DNA of 64,000 nucleotides from Candidatus Azophilus lithoversatilis (GCA_028278675.1 JAQAJJ010000027.1:4986-68985), one strand, 5' to 3'; shown: positions 27,200-36,849, counted from the stretch's first letter. Numbers and translations are program-made. Notes: generated by a model from the letters alone, not told the origin.

Positions 27200-27553
27200 A
27201 TGCAACTTGAGGGCATTCACCATGTGTCGATCAACGTCAAGGATGTCGATGAGGCTTTGGGCTTCTACGTTGATCTGCTCGGCATGGAACGGCTTGACCG
27301 TCCCGACTTCGGCTTTCCCGGCGCTTGGCTGCGCAGCGGCGGGCAGGAAGTTCACCTGATCGGCATCGACTCCGGGCCACCGCTCAAGGAGCAGCACTTC
27401 GCCTTCAAGGTGGCGGACGTGGACAGCGTCAAGACGGCGTTGGAGGCTGCTGGATTGAAGTGCTCAAAACCTTTCGAAATCGCCGCCGTGTGCCGTCAGG
27501 CCTTCACCCACGATCCGAGCGGCAACATGGTGGAATTCAACCAGCGGTTGTAA
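27200..27553 (+). CDS. VOC (glyoxalase/bleomycin-resistance/dioxygenase) family protein
   Basis: From ATG 27200 with a GGAG Shine-Dalgarno. MQLEGIHHVSINVKDVDEALGFYVDLLGM is the VOC N-terminal signature. Confidence 0.85.
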   Translation: MQLEGIHHVSINVKDVDEALGFYVDLLGMERLDRPDFGFPGAWLRSGGQEVHLIGIDSGPPLKEQHFAFKVADVDSVKTALEAAGLKCSKPFEIAAVCRQAFTHDPSGNMVEFNQRL

Positions 27554-27566
27554 CGCAGGCAGCCGG

Positions 27567-28787
27567 TCAAACGAGCGCCGGCAGGGTTTCGAATCGCCCT
27601 TTCAGCACCGTTGATGCGGCGTCCTGCTGCATCCAGCCATCGATGGCGGTGGCGTAAACACGGCGGAAATCCACCGTGTGAACTAGGTTTTCGCCATCGG
27701 TCAGCGCCGTGAGGCTAGGTGGCTTGCCGTAGTGTCCGCCCTTGACCGGCTTGCCGGCAAGGAACATGAGGTTGGCGGTGCCGTGGTCGGTGCCGAGGTT
27801 GGTGTTTTCCGGCACCCGGCGGCCGAACTCGGAATGCACCAGAACCACCACCCTCTCCGCCTGCCCTAGGCGTTCCAAGTCGCGGATGAAGCCGTGAATG
27901 CCGTCGCAGGCGTAGCTCAGGAGCCTCCGGTGCAGGGCGCTCTGCTGCACATGGGTGTCGAAGGCGTTGTTGCGAAAGGCGACGTGGTAGATGCGGGCCG
28001 GCAATCCCGCCCCGATGCAAGCCGCCACCTTGGGCAGGTCCATGGGGGCGATGCCATAGTCCACTGGCGAGCGGTAGTCTGACCAGGCTTGGCGAATCCG
28101 CGCTGAAGCGCCGAGGGCGCTCCTGGCCATTTCGTTAAGGTAGGTGCGCGCCGGGTTGCCGTCGGCTTGGTCGATGCGCGCCATCAGCGCCTGCTGCGAG
28201 TGGAAGGCGCGGCGTTGAAAGCGCTCCGGGTCATCGAAGACCACTGGCGTCCGCCGGCGGCCCTTGACCGCCAAGGACTGTGCCGAAGCGATGTTGATGA
28301 GCAATTCCACTCCGGCGCTCCCGTTTCCATTGACTGCGTCGGTTTCGTCCAAGGCATCCGCCAAGCGGCCCAGCCAGCCAAACTCGTCGCCTCCTCCGGG
28401 TACGCCGGTGTGCCAATAGGCCATGGAGGTGAAGTGGGAGTAGGACGGCTGTTCGTAGCCGCAGCCGTGAATGATGGCCAAGTCGCCGCTGCGCCAGAGC
28501 CGCTGAAAGCCCAGCATGCCGGGGTTGAAGCCGAAATCGCCATCCAATTCAAGCAGCTCATCCGCCTTGATGCCGATGTTGGGACGCTGCCGGTAGTAGG
28601 CGTCGTCGCCGTAGGGGACCACGGTATTCAACCCGTCGTTGCCCCCGGAAAGCTCAACCACCACCAGAATTCGACCCTCCTCATCCCGCCGCGGCACCGC
28701 CCAAGCGCGGCGGCGGAGGACGGGCGCCGTGGCCAGCGCCGCCGTCGTGGCGATGCCGCCCTTCAATAGGCTGCGGCGATTGAACAT
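27567..28787 (-). CDS. DUF1501 family protein (sulfatase-like fold) with Tat signal
   Basis: From ATG 28787: MFNRRSLLKGGIATTAALATAP (twin-arginine). Family motifs GGNDGLNTVVPY, FDTHVQQ, SEFGRR and GTDHGTAN are present. Confidence 0.85.
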   Translation of the reverse strand: MFNRRSLLKGGIATTAALATAPVLRRRAWAVPRRDEEGRILVVVELSGGNDGLNTVVPYGDDAYYRQRPNIGIKADELLELDGDFGFNPGMLGFQRLWRSGDLAIIHGCGYEQPSYSHFTSMAYWHTGVPGGGDEFGWLGRLADALDETDAVNGNGSAGVELLINIASAQSLAVKGRRRTPVVFDDPERFQRRAFHSQQALMARIDQADGNPARTYLNEMARSALGASARIRQAWSDYRSPVDYGIAPMDLPKVAACIGAGLPARIYHVAFRNNAFDTHVQQSALHRRLLSYACDGIHGFIRDLERLGQAERVVVLVHSEFGRRVPENTNLGTDHGTANLMFLAGKPVKGGHYGKPPSLTALTDGENLVHTVDFRRVYATAIDGWMQQDAASTVLKGRFETLPALV

Positions 28788-28823
28788 GGTTCCCTCCACA
28801 TTTTCAGCCAAGCGCTGGCCACT

Positions 28824-30662
28824 TCAGCCGAGTTGATACTCAGGGCGGCTGAGCAGCGCATGCAGCAGAAGCCTCAGCGGCTCCTCCAGATACGAGGCCG
28901 CGGCACGAATGTCGCCGGTGCCCAACTCCGCCTCCAGGTAGTCGGCCAGCGCGCTTTGCGTGGCTCGGTCCGGCGCGACGGAGAAGAACCGCTCCACTAG
29001 GTATCCAACCACTTCCCGAGGGGTCTCCAGACCCTCCCGAAGCACCATGCCAGTCAAGTCGAGACGGGCCGTGTGGCGGGGTATGGGCTTGACCCGCTCA
29101 ATGGCCATCTGCCAGCCCCGGTAGCTGCCGTAGCGGGTGTTGAAGGCCTCATCGCGATCGGCCAGCAGGTTGGAAGCCGCCATCTCCGCCATCCCTTCTG
29201 AGGCCATGCCGTCGCTCACCATGGCCGCGGGCCGGGTCGCCCGGCTGATGTCCATGCCGGCGCGCAGGCGCTCATGGACGCTGAGTATTTCCGCGCCATA
29301 GCCCGGATAGCGGTCCGGGGGAACGAAGGCGATGTCGGGAAACGCCAAGTCAAGCACGAAGTTACCCCGTTCGAAGAGCAGGCTCGGCGTGATCCAACTG
29401 CGGCCTTCGCTCCAGCCCGCCACCGTCGGCGGATGCATCAACCGTTGGCCCAGCGACTCGGTGACGGTATTGAAGTCCGGCGCACCGGGCACGGCGAGAA
29501 GGTCCAGCTTACGGTAAGTGGAGACGACGAATTCAACCGGACCCTTGATGCGCGTGCCCAACACCTCGGGCGCGTAGAAGCGCCGCGACAGAAAGAGCCG
29601 TTCCAGAAAGGCCGCGATGTCGTAGTTTGCCGACTTCAGCCAAACGCCGAGCTCCCGCTGCCCGTCGGCACTCGGCGCGTCGCCCACGAAGTGATGGTGG
29701 AGCTTCCCGGCGATGAATTCAGCAGCAGCGTCCTGGGCCAGGATGATATCGATGACTTCCACGCCGTCGAAGCGTCCCTCCTGGCCCATAAAACGCTTGA
29801 TGCCGCCGTCGTGGGCATCGGCCTTGAAGTCGAAGTCAAGCCCCTTGTAGTTCCAGCCCGTGAAGGCGCGGGCAGCCTCGCGCACATCGGCCTCGCCGTA
29901 GTGGCCGACGCCCATGGTGAACAGCTCCATGATTTCCCGGGCGAAGTTCTCGTTCGGCGAGCCCTTGACGTTGACCCCCGCATCCAGGAACGCAAGCATC
30001 GCCGGATCCTGGGCCACGGCAATCAACAGGGTGCGGAAATTGCCTAGGCCCAGCCGCTGAAAGAGACGCAGTTGCTTGAGCATCTTGCGGCAGTCGCGCA
30101 CCTTGTCCTCGTTGGTGGCAAAGTGCCCATGCCAGAAAAGCGCCATCCGCTCCTGCAGCGGACGGGGGCTCAAGAGCATGCGGTTTGCCCACCAGTAGGC
30201 GACCCGATCGGTTTCCAGCCGGCTGGCGCGCAGCCAGTAGAAGAAGGCGTTGACCACCGGTTGCAAACGCCGATTGCCCGCCGGCTTGGCTTGGATGCCG
30301 AGCGCCTCGCCCTGCTGGCGGGCCAAGGCGGTGGTAGCCGGACGGCTGGGCGGAAAGGGATCCAATCCTTCGTCAAAGATGCCCGACGGCTCGAAATCCG
30401 GCAGCTTTGCCTGCGGCGCTCCCTCGAAGTACACCAGCCGGCGCACCGCCGCCTTGGGGGTCAAAGCCGCCAACGCCGCCACCTCGGCGGGCGTGCCACC
30501 GAAGCCGGCCCGCTCCAGAAGGTGGCGCGCCTCGGCTTCGCCCCAGTCCCGAGGATCGATGGGACTGAAATCACCCTGCGCCCACCAAGGAAAGGCGGCG
30601 AAGCAGATGCCCGCTCCGAAACGGACTAAGGCTGTGCGCAGCTCGATGAAATTGAGATCCAT
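28824..30662 (-). CDS. DUF1800 family protein
   Basis: 612 aa with the LFWHGHFATN motif. It sits immediately upstream of DUF1501, the usual pairing. Confidence 0.8.
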   Translation of the reverse strand: MDLNFIELRTALVRFGAGICFAAFPWWAQGDFSPIDPRDWGEAEARHLLERAGFGGTPAEVAALAALTPKAAVRRLVYFEGAPQAKLPDFEPSGIFDEGLDPFPPSRPATTALARQQGEALGIQAKPAGNRRLQPVVNAFFYWLRASRLETDRVAYWWANRMLLSPRPLQERMALFWHGHFATNEDKVRDCRKMLKQLRLFQRLGLGNFRTLLIAVAQDPAMLAFLDAGVNVKGSPNENFAREIMELFTMGVGHYGEADVREAARAFTGWNYKGLDFDFKADAHDGGIKRFMGQEGRFDGVEVIDIILAQDAAAEFIAGKLHHHFVGDAPSADGQRELGVWLKSANYDIAAFLERLFLSRRFYAPEVLGTRIKGPVEFVVSTYRKLDLLAVPGAPDFNTVTESLGQRLMHPPTVAGWSEGRSWITPSLLFERGNFVLDLAFPDIAFVPPDRYPGYGAEILSVHERLRAGMDISRATRPAAMVSDGMASEGMAEMAASNLLADRDEAFNTRYGSYRGWQMAIERVKPIPRHTARLDLTGMVLREGLETPREVVGYLVERFFSVAPDRATQSALADYLEAELGTGDIRAAASYLEEPLRLLLHALLSRPEYQLG

Positions 30663-30726
30663 GCCAGTCTTCCTAATCGCGGGAATAGGTTGTCACATGA
30701 GTCAACTTTTATGCCCGGCGACCGCC

Positions 30727-30750
30727 GAGTTGCGCAGCAACTCGATTGCG
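30727..30750. repeat. Second copy of the 24-nt palindromic motif GAGTTGCGCAGCAACTCGATTGCG, followed by hairpin CCGCCC-TTA-GGGCGG (30751-30765)
   Basis: See 7455-7477. It lies in the divergent region between the DUF1800 gene (30662) and the HiPIP gene (30894). Confidence 0.5.
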
Positions 30751-30893
30751 CCGCCCTTAGGGCGGCGCGCCCACTGATTGGTCTGAGGCATCGCCTCGTT
30801 TGCCAGTATAGCCTCGGCGATGTGTATAATGCCGCTCGCCGGCAGTCGCTGGCCCATCCCGAACTTCAATCCAAGCAAATCACGAGGACACCG

Positions 30894-31220
30894 ATGCTGC
30901 AACGCCGTTCGTTTTTGAAGAAAAGCGCCCTGACGCTTGGCGCCATACCCGTCGCCAACCTGTTGGCCGGTTCAAGCGCCTGGGCCGCTGGCGAGGTCGA
31001 GATCACCGAAGACGATCCCGTGGCGATGGCCTTGGGCTACAAGCACTCCGCAGAAGACGTGGACACCGCCAAGTACCCGAAATGGGCGGCGGGCCAGCTA
31101 TGCGACAACTGCGTTCAATACAAGGCCACCAGCGAGGGCTGGGGCACCTGCGCCATCTTCCCCGGCAAGCTGGTCGCGGCCAAGGGCTGGTGCAACGTTT
31201 GGGTAGCGATCCCCGCCTAG
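30894..31220 (+). CDS. hip: High-potential iron-sulfur protein (HiPIP) with Tat signal
   Basis: From ATG 30894 with a GAGG Shine-Dalgarno. MLQRRSFLKKSALTLGA is a twin-arginine signal. The Cys pattern CDNC...GTC...GWCNVW is the HiPIP [4Fe-4S] ligand signature. Confidence 0.9.
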   Translation: MLQRRSFLKKSALTLGAIPVANLLAGSSAWAAGEVEITEDDPVAMALGYKHSAEDVDTAKYPKWAAGQLCDNCVQYKATSEGWGTCAIFPGKLVAAKGWCNVWVAIPA

Positions 31221-31237
31221 CGGCGAATCCCGCCGAA

Positions 31238-31567
31238 TCAGTCACCCCAGCTAAAGGGCGTGAAGAACTCCTCGCGCGTGAGCCAAGTGTAGTCGGCCTC
31301 GCCGGCCATCAGGCCCACCAGCACGATCAGCACCAGAGTAGGCACGAGGATGGCGTAGATCAGCGCCATCCGCTCCCACATCATGTGCATGAACACGGCG
31401 ACGATCAGGCCCGCCTTGAGCATCATGAAGATGATGATGAGCGTCCAGCGCAAATAGCCCTGGAATGCCAGGTAGTCCACCGTGTAGGAGGCGGCGCTGA
31501 GCACGAACAGCAAGCCCCAAACCCAGAAGTAGATGGAAATCGGATGTTGTTGGCCTTGATCTGACAT
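31238..31567 (-). CDS. Cytochrome c oxidase subunit IV-like small membrane protein
   Basis: From ATG 31567. 109 aa with three hydrophobic helices, positioned last in the oxidase operon. Confidence 0.7.
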   Translation of the reverse strand: MSDQGQQHPISIYFWVWGLLFVLSAASYTVDYLAFQGYLRWTLIIIFMMLKAGLIVAVFMHMMWERMALIYAILVPTLVLIVLVGLMAGEADYTWLTREEFFTPFSWGD

Positions 31568-31595
31568 CTGTTGAATTCCCTGCCGGTCCCAAAAA

Positions 31596-32297
31596 CTACC
31601 AAAGGTAGAAGAAAGCGAAAATAAAGACCCACACGAGGTCAACGAAGTGCCAGTAGAGGCCCATCGTCTCGACGATCTCGTAGCGGTTCTTGCGTCCGGT
31701 CATGAAGCCGGGCGTCTCCTTGTCCAAATCGCCGCGCCGCACCTTGAAGGCGGTGATGAACAGGAACAGCACGCCGAACGACACGTGGGTGCCGTGAAAG
31801 CCGGTGATCATGAAGAAGGCGGCACCGAATTGCGGCGCGCCCATCGGATTGCTCCAGGGCCGCACCCCCTCATCGACGATCAGCTTGGTCCATTCGAAGG
31901 CCTGCATGCCCACGAAGGTGGCGCCCAGCACCGCGGTCACCATCAGCAGCCAGAAGGTCGGCACCTTGCGCCTTGCATAGCCGAACTTCACCGCCATGGC
32001 CATGGTGCCGCTGCTGGTGATGAGCACGAAGGTCATGATGGCGATCAGCAGCAACGGCACCGGCGCGCCCATGAACTCCAGGCCGAACACCTCGCTGGGA
32101 TTGGGCCAGGGCGTCGTGGTGGACATGCGCACGGTCATGTAGGACACCAGGAAGCAGGAGAAGATGAAGGTGTCGCTCAACAGGAAGATCCACATCATGG
32201 CCTTGCCCCAAGGCACGTTCTTGAACGCCCGCTGATCGGAGGACCAATCGTCAACAATGCCCTTGATTCCCGGCGCCAGGGCTACTGATTCAGCCAC
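31596..32297 (-). CDS. Heme-copper oxidase subunit III
   Basis: 233 aa; FFMITGFHGTHVSFGVLFL and the C-terminal YWHFVDLVWVFIFAFFYLW subunit III signature. Confidence 0.9.
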   Translation of the reverse strand: MAESVALAPGIKGIVDDWSSDQRAFKNVPWGKAMMWIFLLSDTFIFSCFLVSYMTVRMSTTTPWPNPSEVFGLEFMGAPVPLLLIAIMTFVLITSSGTMAMAVKFGYARRKVPTFWLLMVTAVLGATFVGMQAFEWTKLIVDEGVRPWSNPMGAPQFGAAFFMITGFHGTHVSFGVLFLFITAFKVRRGDLDKETPGFMTGRKNRYEIVETMGLYWHFVDLVWVFIFAFFYLW

Positions 32298-32361
32298 GTA
32301 ATTGCTTTCCTTCTGTGATGTGAGTAGATGAGGTGCCTAAGTTCCAGCCGCCGCGATCGGC

Positions 32362-33018
32362 TCAGGTCGAGAGCATCAAGCCGAACAGGATGAGCCAGAC
32401 CACGAACAAAAAGTGCCAGTAAACGGCGCAAAGCTCCACGCCCAGCCGAGTCTTCACCAGCGCCCCCGCCTTGGCGTGGCCCGAGGTTCGGGCCAGCGCC
32501 ACCAGCCCGCCGAGCAAGTGCAGGACATGCAGCCCGGTGAGCACGTAGAAAAAGGAATTCGCCGGGTTGCTGGCCACCAAGTAGCCTGAGGCGACCAAGC
32601 CCTGCCAAACGATCAGCTGCCCCGCCATGAAGGCCAACGCGCAGCCGCCGCCAATCACGAGCCCGGTGCGGATGGCTGCCCATTGCTCCCGAGCGGCGCC
32701 CCGCCAAGCCCATTGCAGGCCCAAGCTGCCAACAAACAAGATGGCGGTGTTGAACCACAGCAGGCCCGGCTCCGGCAGCGGACGCCAATCCGACAGTTCC
32801 ATGCGGATTGAGTAGGCGCTGACGAACAGGGCGAACAGCGAGGTGATAACGGCCAGCAGCACACCCAACGCTACCTTCGGCGGCGCTAGAAACCCTACCC
32901 CCTGCTGGGCTCCGGAAGGCGCACTGGCTACCCAAGGCTTGACATTGAAGGTCTGGCGCAGCAGCCACCAGACCACCGCCCCCATGAGCAGGGCCAGGAA
33001 TATGAGCGTCGCGGTCAT
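32362..33018 (-). CDS. Second heme-copper oxidase subunit III-like protein
   Basis: 218 aa; FYVLTGLHVLHLLGG and AVYWHFLFVVWLILF. Confidence 0.85.
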   Translation of the reverse strand: MTATLIFLALLMGAVVWWLLRQTFNVKPWVASAPSGAQQGVGFLAPPKVALGVLLAVITSLFALFVSAYSIRMELSDWRPLPEPGLLWFNTAILFVGSLGLQWAWRGAAREQWAAIRTGLVIGGGCALAFMAGQLIVWQGLVASGYLVASNPANSFFYVLTGLHVLHLLGGLVALARTSGHAKAGALVKTRLGVELCAVYWHFLFVVWLILFGLMLST

Positions 33019-33021
33019 GAA

Positions 33022-34824
33022 TCAGCTTTCCGCCTTGGTCTCGCCTTGGCCGCGGGCCGCGGCCATTTCCTCGGACGGCACGTTTTGCGGGATGAAGTCC
33101 TGTTCCGCCCCCGGTACGCCGTAGTCGTAGGCCCACCGGTAAACCGACGGCAGTTCGTCCTCATCGAAGTTACCGTGCCGCGGCGGCGTATGCGGGGTTT
33201 GCCATTCCAAGGTAGTGGCCTTCCAAGGGTTGTGGCCCGCCTCCTTGCCGCTGAACAGGCTCTTGATGACGTTGTAGATGAAGATCAACTGAGCCAAGGC
33301 AACAATGATGGCGGCGATGGAAATGGCCGCGTTCAAGTCCTGCGCCGAATCCGACATGAAGGCGGTCTCGCCATAGGCGTAGTAACGCCGGGGCACGCCT
33401 TCAAAGCCCAAGTAGTGCATCGGGTAGTAAATGGCGTAGGTGCCGAGGAACGTCATCCAGAAATGGATCTTGCCCAAGGTCTCGTCGAACATCCTGCCGG
33501 TCATCTTCGGATACCAGTGGTAGATGGCGCCAAACACCACCAGCACCGGCGAAACCGCCATCACCATATGAAAGTGGGCCACCACGAAGTAGGTGTCGGA
33601 AAGCGGCAGATCGACCGTGACGTTGCCTAGGAACAGCCCGGTCAGCCCGCCGTTGATGAAGGTGAAAATGAAGCCTATGGCGAACAGCATCGGCACCGTG
33701 AGCTGAATGTTGCCCCGCCACAGGGTCAGCACCCAGTTGTACACCTTGATGGCCGTCGGCACGGCGATGATCAACGTGGTGGTGGCGAAGAAGAAGCCGA
33801 AGTAGGGGTTCATGCCGCTGACGTACATGTGGTGCGCCCAGACGATGAAGCTAAGCGCTCCGATCGCGACGATGGCCCAAACCATCATCCGATAGCCGAA
33901 GATGTTCTTGCGGGCGTGGGTGGCGAGCACATCCGAGACGATGCCGAAGGCCGGCAGGGCGACGATGTATACCTCCGGATGCCCGAAGAACCAGAACAGG
34001 TGCTGGAAGAGGATCGGGCTGCCGCCGTCATAGGCGGTCTGCTCGCCCGCCGCCAACATGGCCGGCATGAAAAAGCTGGTGCCGATCAGACGGTCGAGAA
34101 TCATCATGATGCAGCTGACGAAGAGCGCCGGAAAGGCCAGCAACGCCAGCACCGTGGCCATGAAAATGCCCCAGACCGTTAGCGGCAGGCGCATCAGCGT
34201 CATGCCTCGGGTGCGCGCCTGCAGCACGGTCACCACGTAGTTGAGCCCGCCCATGGTGAAGCCGATGATGAACACGCACAGTGAGATGAGCATCAGGATG
34301 ATGCCCGCCCCCGTGCCCGGGGTGCCGCCAATCACCGCCTGCGGCGGGTACAGCGTCCAGCCGGCCCCGGTGGGGCCGCCGGGGACGAAGAAGCTGGCCA
34401 CCAGGATCAGCACCGCCGCCAGATAGACCCAGTAGCTGACCATGTTGACGTAGGGGAACACCATGTCCCGGGCGCCGCACATCAACGGAATGAGGTAGTT
34501 GCCGAAGCCGCCCAAAAAGAGCGCCGTCAGCAGGTAGATGACCATGATCATGCCGTGCATGGTCACGAACTGCAGGTAGTTGGCCGGGTCAATCAGGGAG
34601 AAGGACTCCGGGAAGCCCAACTGCAGGCGCATGAGAATCGACAGCACCAGCGCCACAAGGCCGATGCCGATGGCGGTGATGCCGTACTGGATGGCAATGA
34701 CCTTGGCGTCCTGGCTCCAGATGTACTTGCCGATGAAGGTCTTCGGGTGATAGAGCGGCTCCTCGGCGACCTCAAACGGCCGCAGATCCGCATCAGTGAC
34801 TGCATCGTGGGCGACTTGAGCCAT
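33022..34824 (-). CDS. coxA: Cytochrome c oxidase subunit I
   Basis: From ATG 34824, 2 nt after the subunit II stop. Motifs LFWFFGHPEVYIVALPAFG, VWAHHMYVSG and VVAHFHMVMA are present. Confidence 0.95.
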   Translation of the reverse strand: MAQVAHDAVTDADLRPFEVAEEPLYHPKTFIGKYIWSQDAKVIAIQYGITAIGIGLVALVLSILMRLQLGFPESFSLIDPANYLQFVTMHGMIMVIYLLTALFLGGFGNYLIPLMCGARDMVFPYVNMVSYWVYLAAVLILVASFFVPGGPTGAGWTLYPPQAVIGGTPGTGAGIILMLISLCVFIIGFTMGGLNYVVTVLQARTRGMTLMRLPLTVWGIFMATVLALLAFPALFVSCIMMILDRLIGTSFFMPAMLAAGEQTAYDGGSPILFQHLFWFFGHPEVYIVALPAFGIVSDVLATHARKNIFGYRMMVWAIVAIGALSFIVWAHHMYVSGMNPYFGFFFATTTLIIAVPTAIKVYNWVLTLWRGNIQLTVPMLFAIGFIFTFINGGLTGLFLGNVTVDLPLSDTYFVVAHFHMVMAVSPVLVVFGAIYHWYPKMTGRMFDETLGKIHFWMTFLGTYAIYYPMHYLGFEGVPRRYYAYGETAFMSDSAQDLNAAISIAAIIVALAQLIFIYNVIKSLFSGKEAGHNPWKATTLEWQTPHTPPRHGNFDEDELPSVYRWAYDYGVPGAEQDFIPQNVPSEEMAAARGQGETKAES

Positions 34825-34825
34825 G

Positions 34826-36241
34826 CTATTCCTCCGCTCCTGAGTAGGCCGCGCCAGCCTCGGCTGAAGCGGCGGCGACTTGAGTTTCACCTAAGGTGTT
34901 GATGTAGGCGACGACGTCGTTGACGGCGTCGTCGTCCTTGAGTATGCGAGCCATTTCCGCCATTTGCCAGCCATAGAGGTCGTCCTCGTGGCGCCCCCTT
35001 ATGTCGGCCTTGAAGTTCTCCAATTGACGCGCCAAGTACCAATCGGTCATGCCCGCCATGCGCGGCGCATTCAGCGCCTTGATGCCTTGCGCTTCGTGCC
35101 CGTGGCAGGCGCCGCAGGTGACCCAGATGTCCTCCCCGCGTTCCGCGTCCCCGGCAATGGTGGTCTCGGCCGGCTCGTCCGGCAGGGTGCCAATGTAGGC
35201 GATGACATCCTCGATGGCCTGATCGTCCGCAAGCGTCATGACCATCGGCGCCATCTGCTGGCCAAAGGTGTCCGCTGGGTGGGCGCCGCGCGCGCCGATT
35301 TTGTAGTAGTTGAGCTGACGGCGCAGATACCAGTCCTCCTGGCCGGCGATCTTCGGTGAGTTCATGACCTGCATGCCCTTACCCTCCGGGCCGTGGCAGG
35401 CCACGCAAACGGCGTACTGCGCCTGGCCGGCCACCGGGTCGCCCTGCGGGCGGGCGAGGATGTCAGCGTAGGTGGGCTGCGCGGCGTACCACGCCGCGTA
35501 GTCCGCCGCCTCATCGACCACCACCTTGCCGCGCATGGCGAAGTGGCCGATCCCGCACAGCTCCTCGCAAAGCACCTCATACTCGCCGGCCACCGTGGGT
35601 TTAAGCCAAATGTAGGAGACCAAGCCCGGCACCAAGTCCATCTTGACCCGAAACTGGGCGACGGTGAAGTTGTGCAGCACGTCCTTGGAGCGCAGATTGA
35701 TCTTGACGTTGCGGTCGAGCGGCAGATGCACCACGTTGCTCTCGATCAGCCGGTCATCCTGGCCGTGGGGGTCGTCCGGATCCATGCCGAAGGGGTTGTC
35801 GTCGCTAATGAGCTTGGCGTCCACGTTGCCGAACTTGCCGTCGTCGCCCGGCAGCCGGTAGCTCCAGTGCCACTGCTGGCCGATGGCCTCGATTTCGTCG
35901 GCATCCTCCGGCACGGTGACGAACTCAGCCCAAACGATCAGGCCCGGGGCCAGCATGGCGGCCACGCCAACCGCGGTAATGGCGGTGAGCCAGAACTCCA
36001 GCTTGTGATTCTCCGGCTGGTATTCGGACCGCCTTTCCTTGTTGTAGCGGAACTTGATGACGCAGTACGCCATGAAGGCGTTGACGGCCACGAAGACGAT
36101 GCCCGTCACCCAGAAGGTGATGTCGATCGTCGTGTCGATCATGCCCCAGTTCGAGGCCAAGGGGGTCAGGTACCAAGGACTCAGAATATGAAAAAGGACC
36201 GAGCCAACGATCAAAATGATCAATGCAACAGCAAATGCCAT
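34826..36241 (-). CDS. coxB: Cytochrome c oxidase subunit II fused to a C-terminal dihaem cytochrome c domain
   Basis: 471 aa. CuA motif VLHNF...CEELCGIGHFAM, followed by two CxxCH sites (CVACHG and CGACHG). Confidence 0.93.
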   Translation of the reverse strand: MAFAVALIILIVGSVLFHILSPWYLTPLASNWGMIDTTIDITFWVTGIVFVAVNAFMAYCVIKFRYNKERRSEYQPENHKLEFWLTAITAVGVAAMLAPGLIVWAEFVTVPEDADEIEAIGQQWHWSYRLPGDDGKFGNVDAKLISDDNPFGMDPDDPHGQDDRLIESNVVHLPLDRNVKINLRSKDVLHNFTVAQFRVKMDLVPGLVSYIWLKPTVAGEYEVLCEELCGIGHFAMRGKVVVDEAADYAAWYAAQPTYADILARPQGDPVAGQAQYAVCVACHGPEGKGMQVMNSPKIAGQEDWYLRRQLNYYKIGARGAHPADTFGQQMAPMVMTLADDQAIEDVIAYIGTLPDEPAETTIAGDAERGEDIWVTCGACHGHEAQGIKALNAPRMAGMTDWYLARQLENFKADIRGRHEDDLYGWQMAEMARILKDDDAVNDVVAYINTLGETQVAAASAEAGAAYSGAEE

Positions 36242-36279
36242 CTATGCAACTTCCTCAACTAATTTTCTTGTCGCCTGCG

Positions 36280-36816
36280 CTACCTGCCCACCAAGCCTTC
36301 CACCACGTCGCGGATAAGCGCGAAGTCCTCGGTCTGCGCACCCTTGAACACACGTTCGACCACGCCGTCGGCGTTGATGACGAATGCTGCTGGCAACGCG
36401 GACACGCCATAGCGGCGAGCCGTGCCGCCACCCAAGTCCAAGGCATTAGGATAACCGATGGAAACCCGTTCAAGGAAGCGAACCGCATCGGGGCGGTGAG
36501 TATCCAGATTTAGGCCGACGACTTCAAACTTTTCTTGCGGCCAATTTGTCCGTAAGGCGTCGAGTCGGGGCATCGACCGCCGGCAGGGTACGCACCAGCT
36601 CGACCAGAACTCCAAGTAGAGGACCTTGCCGCGATAGTCGGCGAGCGCGATGGGAGCGGCCTCGGCGTCCACGGCAGGCAAAAGGAACGCCGGCGCCGAC
36701 TCCCCAGCCTCAACTGCCGCCGCAGGCGCCGCCCAAGCCAAAAGCGCAAAAGCCCCGCAGGCCAGTGCGCTGAGTGTTGGTGCCATGACGCTACAAGTGC
36801 TTTGTGAAATCTTCAC
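36280..36816 (-). CDS. TlpA-family periplasmic thiol:disulfide oxidoreductase
   Basis: 178 aa with a signal peptide. FWSSWCVPCRRSMP contains the redoxin CxxC. It is the first gene of the oxidase cluster. Confidence 0.85.
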   Translation of the reverse strand: MKISQSTCSVMAPTLSALACGAFALLAWAAPAAAVEAGESAPAFLLPAVDAEAAPIALADYRGKVLYLEFWSSWCVPCRRSMPRLDALRTNWPQEKFEVVGLNLDTHRPDAVRFLERVSIGYPNALDLGGGTARRYGVSALPAAFVINADGVVERVFKGAQTEDFALIRDVVEGLVGR

Positions 36817-36849
36817 CGCAACAGTCTATGGGCAACGAACCGGGACTTC

